Position numbers and translations under genes: made by a program. The notes beneath the pieces were generated by a model, which saw only the letters and a list, made by a program, of their open reading frames with translations, was not told where the DNA came from and did no database searches. Shown here piece after piece: positions 1 to 8,585 of a DNA stretch of 64,000 nucleotides (its first letter is position 1; every line of letters starts with the position of its first letter). The stretch lies in NCBI GenBank assembly GCA_964453605.1, contig CAYVOI010000001.1, positions 21,182 through 85,181 of the forward strand. Reading direction: 5' to 3'. The stretch is from an uncultured Gammaproteobacteria bacterium. Its GTDB lineage: Bacteria; Patescibacteriota; Patescibacteriia; Veblenbacterales; UBA10138.

Positions 1-1
1 C

Positions 2-637
2 AGTATCGAGGAGTTTCAAAGTTCAACGAGTGAAAAATCGTTCACCGCGAAGGGGAAAATCAAAAAGAAAGACTATGAGGAAGCGGGTATAGAATTTGAA
101 GACCCTTGGCAAGCGGTCGGAAAACCGAGCAACTCTGGCATTACCCTGTGGGGGGTATCGCGCCCGAAAGACGACGGTATCTTTTTCGTAAATACCAAAA
201 CGGGTGAACCAGAATTCACGGCGGCGAGCGATATCAACGAGGCGATAAAGAAATTCATCGCCAAGCACCTGACCGAGTACGAAGGTAAACGTGGCAGGGA
301 GCCTATAGTAATCAAACCGAAAAAGTACAGCGGGGCCCTGCATCGGTATGAAGGGGCGTGCCTCTGTCACCAGCTTATTAATCTTGGTGGCATAACTTTT
401 AACTGGGGAGAACACACCAAAGGAGAGTTTCCCTATAATTGTTTTGAGTGTAGCTGTGGGGAAAAGTGGTACCGCATTTCGCCGAAATACAAACGGTGGA
501 TTAGGGTTGCCGACGAGAACGCCTGGAAAATGCTCCTAGAATACGATGGAATAGCCATCCAGCCTTTGGGCATATACGAGGGGAAGGCGTACCTAGTCCA
601 AACTTTAAGGGATCAGGGGCTCATTCCATTGAGATAA
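2..637 (+). CDS. Hypothetical protein, C-terminal part (5' end lies outside the window). Cys/His-rich segment CHQ..CFECSCGEKW suggests a zinc-binding fold.
   Basis: Open frame from nt 2 to the TAA at 635-637, translated by hand. It is absent from the ORF track only because no start codon lies inside the window. The overlapping antisense ORFs are low-complexity. Confidence 0.5.
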   Translation, partial: SIEEFQSSTSEKSFTAKGKIKKKDYEEAGIEFEDPWQAVGKPSNSGITLWGVSRPKDDGIFFVNTKTGEPEFTAASDINEAIKKFIAKHLTEYEGKRGREPIVIKPKKYSGALHRYEGACLCHQLINLGGITFNWGEHTKGEFPYNCFECSCGEKWYRISPKYKRWIRVADENAWKMLLEYDGIAIQPLGIYEGKAYLVQTLRDQGLIPLR

Positions 638-639
638 GC

Positions 640-705
640 TGAAAGAAGTTTCGAAACAAAGACCGCCGAAGTAGCTTACGCTAAGGTGGTCTTTATTTAT
701 AGCCA
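640..705. terminator. Bidirectional stem-loop between convergent genes
   Basis: Inverted repeat AAGACCGCC...GGTGGTCTT followed by a T-rich tract, sitting between a plus-strand gene end and a minus-strand gene end. Confidence 0.4.
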
Positions 706-711
706 AAACCT

Positions 712-1077
712 CTAACTAATATCCCTATAATGTTTCAGATCGATTAACTCACCGTTGGGGGTCATGACCACCGCGACAACTTCAATCCGTGCCTGCTGCG
801 GCAACTGAGGATGAGCCGTGAGGTAAGCTTGCGTGGCACCACGCAACTTTTCCTGCTTTACCTTATTCACCGCATCCTCCGGATTACCAAAGCCAATGCC
901 GTGCCGGGTTTTCACCTCCACCACCACGAGCGTGCCCTGGTCTTCGGCCACAATATCAATTTCCCCGTACCGGCCAGCGTGCCAGTTGCGGGTAATTATT
1001 TGGTACCCCTTACTCACCAAGTACTGAGCTGCCAACTCTTCACCCGCACCGCCGAGCTGTTGCCGGGCGTGTGCCAT
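712..1077 (-). CDS. yraN: YraN-family (UPF0102) endonuclease
   Basis: 121 aa. Matches the YraN family pattern GEIDIVA...LVVVEVKTR. Confidence 0.8.
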   Translation of the reverse strand: MAHARQQLGGAGEELAAQYLVSKGYQIITRNWHAGRYGEIDIVAEDQGTLVVVEVKTRHGIGFGNPEDAVNKVKQEKLRGATQAYLTAHPQLPQQARIEVVAVVMTPNGELIDLKHYRDIS

Positions 1078-1493
1078 TAACGAGTTTTAGGCAAGTACTT
1101 TAGGTACTCTTGTTGTTTTTGCCGTTCAGCACGCTCCTTAGGCGCTTGCCTTATAGTGTAGCGAACAATTGACCACAGCCAGACTACCGCCACCGCGAAC
1201 CAGAGTAAAAACCAGAACCTACTCCCGAGGAGTGGTGTGTAGGTTTGGGTGAAGAAGAACGTTACCAGACTCAAGAACCCAACCGTAGCGAGCAGCTTCC
1301 CCAAGCGCACCGCCACACGGTGCCAGCCGGTGTCTTTCACTACTCGTGCACTAGCGGCCAGCAGCATACCAACCACAACCGCACCCCCCGACACGCCGAG
1401 CACCACCCAGTAGGCCGTACCTTGGAAGGCACCGGGGTAGTAGTCGAACCAGTAGGCCGGGTCGAGCAGAGGTTGTAGGAGCCCAAGCGACAT
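1077..1493 (-). CDS. Hypothetical membrane protein
   Basis: 138 aa with three or four hydrophobic helices. Start/stop overlap (ATGA) with yraN. Confidence 0.55.
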   Translation of the reverse strand: MSLGLLQPLLDPAYWFDYYPGAFQGTAYWVVLGVSGGAVVVGMLLAASARVVKDTGWHRVAVRLGKLLATVGFLSLVTFFFTQTYTPLLGSRFWFLLWFAVAVVWLWSIVRYTIRQAPKERAERQKQQEYLKYLPKTR

Positions 1494-1501
1494 AGCAGTC
1501 T

Positions 1502-2056
1502 CTACTTTACCAGTACAAACCCGTAGTGGTAGCTGCCAGCCTCAAACTGCTTATCGGCCGTAAGCCCAGCCTTACCAGCCAAGGTGGCGACTGCCTCTGG
1601 TTTGAGGCGCGACTCTAGGGGCGGCCCCAGCGGCGTGGGCTCTACTTTCCAGTCCACTACCAACAGCTTACCGCCAGATTTCAACAGGCGGTGTGCTTCT
1701 CTCAGAATGTTTTCGTTCTGGCGCGATTGGAACATGATATTGATAAGCAGTCCAAAGTCCAACGTCTCGGGTGGAACCTTAGCCGCCCCCACCCGCTCCA
1801 AGTCCGACCACACGGTTTCGATGTTGGTTAAGTTCTCAAGCTTAGCTTTGCTCGTCACACCTTCGAGTGCGGGCTTCAAAATATCTACCGCGTAAACCCT
1901 ACCCTTACTCCCCACCAGCCGCGCCGCGGGCAAAGTAAAGTAGCCAGCGCCGCCACAGCCAAAATCAGCGAGCTGCGCGCCCATGGTAACACCAAGTGTG
2001 TCTTTAAGAAGCACTTGTGGGTCGAGGAGCCTAACGCCCTGGGCTTCACCTTTCAT
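1502..2056 (-). CDS. Class I SAM-dependent methyltransferase
   Basis: Motif I DFGCGGAGY and overall Rossmann-fold methyltransferase organisation. Confidence 0.8.
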   Translation of the reverse strand: MKGEAQGVRLLDPQVLLKDTLGVTMGAQLADFGCGGAGYFTLPAARLVGSKGRVYAVDILKPALEGVTSKAKLENLTNIETVWSDLERVGAAKVPPETLDFGLLINIMFQSRQNENILREAHRLLKSGGKLLVVDWKVEPTPLGPPLESRLKPEAVATLAGKAGLTADKQFEAGSYHYGFVLVK

Positions 2057-2077
2057 ACCCGGTAGTAGAACTTTGAC

Positions 2078-2350
2078 TTAAGAGTTAGCGGTATACAGAT
2101 AATCTTTGATACGACGTTTGAGGAGCCGCCGGCCTTGGTTCGTCTTGAAATAGTGTTCGCGACGTTTAGCATCACTCTCAGACAAACAGGCTTCGTAGTA
2201 TATGAGCTCCCAGGGACGGTAGGGCCTGGTAGAAGTCACTAAACCTTGGTTATGTTCCCTAAGCCGTTTCTTGAGATCGGTAGTCTGCCCATGGTAGAGA
2301 ACTCCTTTGGCCGGGCCTCGAAGTACATATACGTAATGGAACGTAACCTG
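2078..2350 (-). CDS. GIY-YIG nuclease-family small protein (URI domain). No canonical start codon in frame, so it may be a pseudogene or use an unusual initiation.
   Basis: Hand translation of the minus strand gives QVTFHYVYVLRGPAKGVLYHGQTTDLKKRLREHNQGLVTSTRPYRPWELIYYEACLSESDAKRREHYFKTNQGRRLLKRRIKDYLYTANS*. The frame is bounded upstream by a TGA at 2351-2353, and there is no ATG, GTG or TTG in frame before the conserved YVYVLR block. Confidence 0.5.
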   Translation of the reverse strand, partial: QVTFHYVYVLRGPAKGVLYHGQTTDLKKRLREHNQGLVTSTRPYRPWELIYYEACLSESDAKRREHYFKTNQGRRLLKRRIKDYLYTANS

Positions 2351-2378
2351 TCAAAGTTTCACTACCGGGCATGCACAC

Positions 2379-3062
2379 CTAGTATACCAGGGCGTCAGCC
2401 ACTGGTCGATACGTACGCCGGTGAATAGGCGAAACGCCACGGTGCTTGAGGGCTTCGGCGTGACGGGCGGTACCGTAACCTTTGTGCTCCGCGAAAGCGT
2501 AACCACGGTACTTGCCTGCGTATGCCCTCATAAGTTGGTCGCGGTGTACCTTAGCAACTATAGATGCTAGGGCAATAGAAACTGATTTAGTGTCACCATC
2601 AACCAGCACCTCAGCCGGCACCCCAGCTACCACATTACCCAACCTAGCCACGTAATCCGCTAACACGTACCGAGGCCGCACCGTCAGGTTGGAAACTGCC
2701 AAAGCCACCGCCTCCCGATTGGCCGCGGCTATGCCGACCTTATCAATGTGCTTGCTACTCAACACCCCAACTGCCCACGGCACTACGGTTTTCAGTCCAG
2801 CAAAAACCTCCTCGCGAGCACGAGGTGTAAGCAGTTTGGAATCATTAACACACTTAAACCATGACAAGGGTCGAATCTGCTCCACAAGTTTGGCAGTGAG
2901 TACCACGGCACCGGCCACAATAGGCCCAGCCCAGGCACCACGCCCTACCTCATCCACACCTGCCACCATAGTATAAACACTGGCAAAGAGCCCTTGTTCG
3001 CGAGCCAGAGTTGGGCGCCGTGGAAAACTAACTCTTGACTTTTTCGCACGTTTAGCTACCAT
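2379..3062 (-). CDS. rnhB: Ribonuclease HII
   Basis: VAGVDEVGRG...DSKLL...SIALASIVAKVHRD...HKGYGT motifs. Confidence 0.9.
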   Translation of the reverse strand: MVAKRAKKSRVSFPRRPTLAREQGLFASVYTMVAGVDEVGRGAWAGPIVAGAVVLTAKLVEQIRPLSWFKCVNDSKLLTPRAREEVFAGLKTVVPWAVGVLSSKHIDKVGIAAANREAVALAVSNLTVRPRYVLADYVARLGNVVAGVPAEVLVDGDTKSVSIALASIVAKVHRDQLMRAYAGKYRGYAFAEHKGYGTARHAEALKHRGVSPIHRRTYRPVADALVY

Positions 3063-3097
3063 GTCACCGTTAGGTTACGTTCTTTAATAAACAATAG

Positions 3098-3178
3098 CAC
3101 GTGTTTCGGTTTCTGACGTCGGGCCCAGCAAGGTTACTCGCTAGTTCTAAGCTAGAAACCGAACACGCCGGCCTCGTG
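3098..3178. promoter_or_regulatory. Long imperfect stem-loop in the rnhB/3297 divergent intergenic region
   Basis: CACGTGTTTCGGTTTCT...(39 nt)...AGAAACCGAACACG forms a 14-bp stem with one bulge. The loop contains a smaller hairpin, TTCTAAGCTAGAA. Confidence 0.35.
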
Positions 3179-3296
3179 TAACCTACACAGGGATGGGCTA
3201 CAGCGCACCATATCTTCAGGTGCACCGCAGCATTTTGCTATGTTATATGTCTAGTCAACTAAAACACAAACCACTACAACCAATAAGGAGCAAACC

Positions 3297-3728
3297 ATGA
3301 GCACATCACCCGACCGCGTATGGCGGGGCATTAAGCTGGCCCTCTGCCTTATGGGGCTCCCCGTGTTCTACTTCGTTCCCGCGCTCGTGTTTCACTGGCC
3401 CCTCCCCACCTTTGCTGTCAACGTTCTCACTGGCCACCAAGCCGAGTACTGGTTCTTCATGGTGTACAGCACCGACAACATCCGGGGCTCTGCTGTCTTC
3501 ATCAGCTTGTGCCTTACCGCGAGCAGCTGCCTCATCATCTTCACGTACCCCAAGCTCGCCCATGAGCTCAAGAACAACTTCGCCAGCGTTTTCGCGCCAA
3601 AGGAAAAACCCGGGGCGCCCAGCTCCGCACCGCCGGTGGTGACCGCCGAACACCTTAACCCCCAACCCTGGTACCGCCGCACCGCCCGCACCACCGCTTC
3701 ACACCGGGTTCCTGAAACAAGCCCTTAG
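3297..3728 (+). CDS. Hypothetical membrane protein with a Pro/Ala-rich C-terminus
   Basis: AAGGAG Shine-Dalgarno 8 nt upstream of the ATG; three predicted TM helices. Confidence 0.6.
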   Translation: MSTSPDRVWRGIKLALCLMGLPVFYFVPALVFHWPLPTFAVNVLTGHQAEYWFFMVYSTDNIRGSAVFISLCLTASSCLIIFTYPKLAHELKNNFASVFAPKEKPGAPSSAPPVVTAEHLNPQPWYRRTARTTASHRVPETSP

Positions 3729-3782
3729 AGGGCGGATGGTTTCCAACAAACACCCATGCTCGCAACTAGCGTGGGTGTTTTT

Positions 3783-4277
3783 CTATGTCTCTACAACTTT
3801 CACTTCGTACGTTTCGCACGCCGAGGCGTCATCATTAAAGTAAAACTCGGCCTCGAGTTTTTTACCTTGGAGCACCTGTGGCAACCACAGCGGATCGTCC
3901 ACCCACATGTCAGCATAAGGAACATCACCAAGCGCAAACCACTGCGGTTTCATTTCTTCGCTTTCAACTGGCTCACCCTGCCAACGACGTAAGAGATACA
4001 CGTGGACTTCTTGGTTAAAGCTTGCGTCATGTTTAAAGTAGAACTGAAGCACGGCAACTTTTTCTAAGTCTGGTGCGGCTGCCGTAACACCACTTTCCTC
4101 TTGCAGCTCACGAAGCATCGCCTGTTCCAATGTCTCACCCGGCTGTACCTTGCCGCCGTACCCATTCCACTTACCTACCCCAAATCCACGCTTCTTCATA
4201 GCTAAGAGAAGTTCACCGGGGCGCACCAGGAAGCAGAGTGTCACTTGCCTGAGTGCCGCGTTAGCCATGAACCCCAA
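3783..4277 (-). CDS. NUDIX hydrolase (MutT-like)
   Basis: Nudix box GKWNGYGGKVQPGETLEQAMLRELQEESGV. Confidence 0.8.
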   Translation of the reverse strand: MGFMANAALRQVTLCFLVRPGELLLAMKKRGFGVGKWNGYGGKVQPGETLEQAMLRELQEESGVTAAAPDLEKVAVLQFYFKHDASFNQEVHVYLLRRWQGEPVESEEMKPQWFALGDVPYADMWVDDPLWLPQVLQGKKLEAEFYFNDDASACETYEVKVVET

Positions 4278-5513
4278 CTAGAACCTACCTCTGGCCTCGA
4301 TTGCCTGACCAATCCGCTCAATAGCTAGAACAAAAGCTGCAGTACGCAAGGGCACGTGGAGCTGCTCAGCCCGGTGCCACACCTGCTTAAATGAGGTAAC
4401 CATGATTGGTTTAAGTTTGGCCATAACCTCGCCCTCGTCCCAGTAGTACTGGGCTTGGTTCTGTACCAGTTCAAAGTACGACACGGTAACACCGCCAGCA
4501 TTTGCCAACACGTCGGGCACCACGACCACGCCACGTTTGTGGAGCTTGTCATCAGCCTCGGGCGTGGTTGGCCCGTTAGCCATTTCAAATACAATCCTAG
4601 CCTTCACCCGGCCAACGTTGGCTTTGGTAATCTGATTTTCGAGTGCGGCTGGCACTAAGACGGTCACCGGTAACTCTAAAAGTTTAGCGTTCGTAAGTTC
4701 TTTAGCGCCTGGGAAACCCTTGAGGCTGCCATGCTCTTTTTTGTAGTGTTCCACTGCCGAAACGTCTAAGCCCTTGGGGTTATAAATAGCACTCTGCGAG
4801 TCTGACATTGCTACCACCGTCATACCAGCTTGCGAGGCAAGCTGCGCCATGATGCCGCCGACATTCCCCATGCCCTGAACTGCCATAGTCACCTTCTTGG
4901 GTTGAAGTTTGAGCTTAGCCAAAAGCTCTTGGAGCACGTAGAGCCCGCCTTGGGCGGTGGCTGGTGTGCGGCCCTGGCTGCCGCCAGCTGAAAGCGGCTT
5001 GCCAGTGACCACACCTGGAACTTTTTTCCCAACGATGCGGCTGTATTCATCAGCAATCCAGGCCATGATCTCTGGTGTAGTGTTTACGTCTGGCGCGGGC
5101 ACATCTTGTTCAGGACCAATGAATGGCGCGAGCTTGCGCGCTAGTGCGCGTGACAACCGTTCAAGCTCTCCCTTAGAAAGTTTTTTAGGATCCACCGTAA
5201 TACCGCCCTTGCCGCCGCCCAAAGGTATGCCTACAACAGCACACTTAATAGCCATCCAAAACGCCAGCGCCTTCACCTCATCAAGGTTAGTCTTGGGGTG
5301 AAACCTAAGGCCGCCCTTGTAGGGCCCACGAGCTGAGGAGTACTGCACGCGGTAACCCTCAAACACTTTCACTGACCCGTTGTCCATGGTAACGGGCAAC
5401 GAAAACTGCAGCGTGCGCTCCGGCTGTTTTAAACTTTCTAGTACATAGCTCGGAAGTTTCAGATGAACGCTGGCTTTTTTAAGCTGAGCAAGGGCATTAC
5501 TGAATACAGACAT
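4278..5513 (-). CDS. gdhA: NAD(P)-specific glutamate dehydrogenase (Glu/Leu/Phe/Val dehydrogenase family)
   Basis: KGGLRFHP, GGGKGG and the glycine-rich dinucleotide motif GMGNVG. Confidence 0.9.
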   Translation of the reverse strand: MSVFSNALAQLKKASVHLKLPSYVLESLKQPERTLQFSLPVTMDNGSVKVFEGYRVQYSSARGPYKGGLRFHPKTNLDEVKALAFWMAIKCAVVGIPLGGGKGGITVDPKKLSKGELERLSRALARKLAPFIGPEQDVPAPDVNTTPEIMAWIADEYSRIVGKKVPGVVTGKPLSAGGSQGRTPATAQGGLYVLQELLAKLKLQPKKVTMAVQGMGNVGGIMAQLASQAGMTVVAMSDSQSAIYNPKGLDVSAVEHYKKEHGSLKGFPGAKELTNAKLLELPVTVLVPAALENQITKANVGRVKARIVFEMANGPTTPEADDKLHKRGVVVVPDVLANAGGVTVSYFELVQNQAQYYWDEGEVMAKLKPIMVTSFKQVWHRAEQLHVPLRTAAFVLAIERIGQAIEARGRF

Positions 5514-5527
5514 AGGTGTAGGTAAGA

Positions 5528-6553
5528 TTAAATTGGTTGCTTAACTGGCTCTATACGTGTGGCAATGGTAGTTGGTGCCTTAGCCAAACCCCAGTCGATA
5601 GACACGCCACGGAAACCTTTTACTTTTTGCAGGTACTCATAGGTCTTAAGCGCCGCCGTGGCGCCCCAACCAGCGGAAATAACAATCTGCTTGTAGGAGA
5701 TGGTGGTAATGTCACCGGCGGCAAAAATGCCAGGCTGGCTGGTTTCAGCATCAGGCGAAATCTTAATCTGCTTTCGGGCGTCGAGCTCAATAAGGCCCTC
5801 AATAAGCTTCGAGTTCACAATAAACCCCACCTCCACAAACACCCCCTCCACCGCGAGTTCGCGGGTTTTGCTCTGATCAGCGGCATCCATTACCACCAGG
5901 CCCCTAACCCTGGTATCACCCTTAATTTCTTTCACCTCGCTATTCAAAACTAGCTCAATACGCTCCTGCTTAAGCTGCTCCACCAGTACCGCCTCAGCCC
6001 GAAACTCTTCGCGGCGGTGTACCAGGTACACCTTGGGGCAGAGCTTAGCGAGGAGCAGCGCCGCATCAACCGCTGAGTTACCACCGCCGACCACGGCGAC
6101 AGATTTATTCTTAAATAGTGGTGCGTCGCAAGTAGCACAGTAGCTCACCCCTTTGGCGCCAAACTCTTTTTCACCAGGCACGCCTAAGTGTCGGTGCGTT
6201 AAGCCGTAGGCCAGAATAATGCTGTGGCCAGTGTAGGTCTCGGTATTCGTGGACACCGTAAACAAGGGGGTCTGTTTTTCGTCGTCCCCTTTCGTAATTC
6301 CGGTGACCTCAGCGTACACAATGTTGGCACCAAACTTTTCCGCCTGGTCTTTGAACTTATTCATGAGGTCGGGGCCCGTGACAAAATCCACCCCAGGGTA
6401 GTTCTCAATTTCATTGGTGGTCGCAGCTTGCCCGCCGATGTCTTGCGTGATCATGAGCACCCTCATAGCGCGGCGCGAAGCATAGAGCGCCGCGGTGAGT
6501 CCCGCCGCCCCCGCGCCGACAATTATAGTGTCGTAAATATTTTGCTCTGACAT
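5528..6553 (-). CDS. trxB: Thioredoxin-disulfide reductase
   Basis: FAD motif IVGAGAAG, redox-active CATC, NAD(P)H motif VVGGGNSA. Confidence 0.9.
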   Translation of the reverse strand: MSEQNIYDTIIVGAGAAGLTAALYASRRAMRVLMITQDIGGQAATTNEIENYPGVDFVTGPDLMNKFKDQAEKFGANIVYAEVTGITKGDDEKQTPLFTVSTNTETYTGHSIILAYGLTHRHLGVPGEKEFGAKGVSYCATCDAPLFKNKSVAVVGGGNSAVDAALLLAKLCPKVYLVHRREEFRAEAVLVEQLKQERIELVLNSEVKEIKGDTRVRGLVVMDAADQSKTRELAVEGVFVEVGFIVNSKLIEGLIELDARKQIKISPDAETSQPGIFAAGDITTISYKQIVISAGWGATAALKTYEYLQKVKGFRGVSIDWGLAKAPTTIATRIEPVKQPI

Positions 6554-6565
6554 CGCTGTTCCAGG

Positions 6566-6889
6566 CTACGCGTGCTTCTCAATAGCGAGCTTGAGCTTGT
6601 CTTTAGCTTGCACGCCCACAAACTGCTCCACCACCTGGCCGGCCTTAAAAATGAGGAGTGAGGGAATGCTCAACACGTTGTACTGGTTGGTGGTGGTGGG
6701 GTTCTCATCCACATTAAGCTTGGCGATTTTGCCTTTAGAAGCATCCACTTCTTTCGCCAGATCTTCCAGCATAGGCCCCTGCACGCGGCACGGCCCGCAC
6801 CACGGCGCCCAAAAATCAACGAGCACTGGCACATTACTCTTTAACACCTCGGACTCAAAGGTAGCGTCGGTAACAATAACTTCGTTCAT
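6566..6889 (-). CDS. trxA: Thioredoxin
   Basis: WAPWCGPCR active site. Confidence 0.9.
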   Translation of the reverse strand: MNEVIVTDATFESEVLKSNVPVLVDFWAPWCGPCRVQGPMLEDLAKEVDASKGKIAKLNVDENPTTTNQYNVLSIPSLLIFKAGQVVEQFVGVQAKDKLKLAIEKHA

Positions 6890-6901
6890 ACTAAATAAAA
6901 A

Positions 6902-7168
6902 TTAAGTAACTTTAAATAAACCAGAAACAATTTTTTCTAGATCCTTTACCTTGGCCTCGTTACTTCCGCTACCACCAAAGCAACCTTCCGCTTCAGCCTC
7001 CAGCAAAACCGTGGCCAGCTTCTGTAAGGAGGCACGAGCCGCCACAATCTGCTGGAGCACTTCAGAGCAGTCGCGCTTAGCCTCTATCATACGGCCAATG
7101 CCCGCAACCTGCCCCTCGGTTCGTTTTACCTGGTCGCTAATAGCTTGTGGATCACAACGGTCTTTCAT
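6902..7168 (-). CDS. CsoR/RcnR/FrmR-family metal- or formaldehyde-sensing transcriptional repressor
   Basis: 88 aa all-helical protein with a TEGQVxGIxRMIE...C...L...EGC pattern. Cys residues sit at the positions of the family ligand triad. Confidence 0.6.
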   Translation of the reverse strand: MKDRCDPQAISDQVKRTEGQVAGIGRMIEAKRDCSEVLQQIVAARASLQKLATVLLEAEAEGCFGGSGSNEAKVKDLEKIVSGLFKVT

Positions 7169-7199
7169 ATATTTAGTACTAGATACTGGTAGGTAGTAT

Positions 7200-7230
7200 A
7201 GCTGATAGATTAAATTAAGTCAATATCAGG
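7200..7230 (-). promoter_or_regulatory. Sigma70-like promoter for the CsoR-like gene
   Basis: Minus strand reads TTGACT, 17 nt, TATACT, about 35 nt upstream of the ATG at 7168. Confidence 0.45.
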
Positions 7231-7321
7231 CTAAATTAGTATTTTGCGACACTTAGTAAATTTTATAATCTTGTTCCACATGGAACAAAAACATACTACA
7301 TGATTTAATTGTATAGCTCCC

Positions 7322-7597
7322 CTATTGCTCTAAAAACCTATTTCTCAGGACGTCTATTTCATCTGGGGTTAAACGGAAATCATGACAAACTCTTACAAAA
7401 AGGTCATGAAACCATTTATGATTTCTAGGTATTTTTTGTGACACCTCAAAATTAGTCACCAAGGCTATCTCCTCGCTAGAAAATGAGTAGTGCGGGTTGG
7501 TTATCATGTCAGCCAACTCTTCTTTATACTTCTGTAGAAGGCTATTAACAAAAACTTCATCACTTGTTCGCTCGTGATGGTTTTCTCTGTTTTCCAT
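7322..7597 (-). CDS. Hypothetical small protein (92 aa), AT-rich
   Basis: The ORF track extends this to 7651, but that extension overlaps tRNA-Ala. The internal ATG at 7595-7597 (MENRENHH...) is the plausible start. GC is well below the genome background. Confidence 0.45.
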   Translation of the reverse strand: MENRENHHERTSDEVFVNSLLQKYKEELADMITNPHYSFSSEEIALVTNFEVSQKIPRNHKWFHDLFVRVCHDFRLTPDEIDVLRNRFLEQ

Positions 7598-7611
7598 ATG
7601 TAGATAAAAAT

Positions 7612-7687
7612 TGGTGGACCCAAGGAGACTCGAACTCCTGGCCTCTTCCATGCCATGGAAGCGCTCTACCAGCTGAGCTATGGGCCC
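7612..7687 (-). tRNA. tRNA-Ala(GGC), CCA encoded
   Basis: Manual cloverleaf fold: GGGCCCATAGCTCAGCTGGTAGAGCGCTTCCATGGCATGGAAGAGGCCAGGAGTTCGAGTCTCCTTGGGTCCACCA. Carries the G3:U70 Ala identity pair; anticodon GGC. Confidence 0.9.
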
Positions 7688-7756
7688 TGAAGTATGGGCC
7701 TAACCCAACTTCAGGGCAAGCCCAAAACCACTAAAAATCTATTAATAAGCAGAAGG

Positions 7757-7786
7757 TATTATATCGGCCTGAATAGCCTACGTCAA
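7757..7786 (-). promoter_or_regulatory. Near-consensus sigma70 promoter driving tRNA-Ala(GGC)
   Basis: Minus strand reads TTGACG, 17 nt, TATAAT. The predicted TSS is about 60 nt upstream of the tRNA 5' end. Confidence 0.6.
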
Positions 7787-7797
7787 CGCCCTATATT

Positions 7798-8585
7798 TTA
7801 CCTTTGTTCCACATGGAACATTTCTCCCAAAGAGTCCTTAATTAGATAAAAAGGGAAAGCTATGGTTGCAACCAAAATTCTCAAAAACCGCCTTGGCTCA
7901 ACTAATAATCTCCAAACCCATTCCAAACCCATTTTCCTAAATACCACGGGAGCCCTTTTTCTCTTCCCAGCAAAGTAATCAAATGTACCACCAACCCCTA
8001 TACCTACTTTTACCGGAAGTTGCGGCAAGTAGTAGTTAAGCCAAAGCTCTTGTTTGGGGTGGCCAAAACCAACTAAAAGTATGTCGGGTTTTTTTAATAT
8101 GATGTCATTAATTAGTCTCTGATTCTCCTGGCTTGTAAGCGGAAACTGGTCTTTTTCAGAAAAAATAGGACCAGTATCAAATCCAGAAATGTTAATTTTT
8201 GCGTATTTTAAGGTAAAATATTGTGTCGCTTTTTGTAAATCAGTATTACCAATAAAGTACAGGGAATACTCCTTAGCCACTGATTCTTGGACTAAAAGAC
8301 TAACCAAATCCACGCCAGTAACCCTCCCTTTTACGATTGGGGTTTTTGATAGGTAAGAAGCTAGGATCACACCTGTACCGTCCGGAGCCACTAAACTCGC
8401 CCGCTCTAAAATGGCCCGGTACTGAGGGTGCTGGCGGGCGTAAACTAATATCTCCGGGTTTGCGGTAACTACCAATTGCTTTTGGGGTAGACGAAGTGCG
8501 GCCTGAATAAGGTCGGCGGCCCCCCGCAAACCAGGATCGGCTATGGTTACACCAAAAGCTTTGTACATAAGGCGAGGTCTCCAGT
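7798..8585 (-). CDS. WecB/TagA/CpsF-family glycosyltransferase (UDP-N-acetyl-D-mannosaminuronic acid / ManNAc transferase family)
   Basis: Family-typical blocks FIGNTD...LVGFGHPKQELW...GVGGTFDYFAG. The start is ambiguous: ATG at 8583-8585 (MLNW...) or 8559-8561 (MYKAF...). The longer track ORF to 8790 looks like an N-terminal over-extension. Confidence 0.75.

Noticed and set aside
23-415. Minus-strand ORFs of 130 and 80 aa in the ORF track at the window start
   Set aside because: They lie antisense to a longer continuous plus-strand frame (2..637) that has better protein-like composition. They are low-complexity and were taken as shadow ORFs.
811-1080. Plus-strand ORFs of 89 and 64 aa overlapping yraN
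   Set aside because: Entirely antisense to a well-conserved YraN-family gene. No independent signals.
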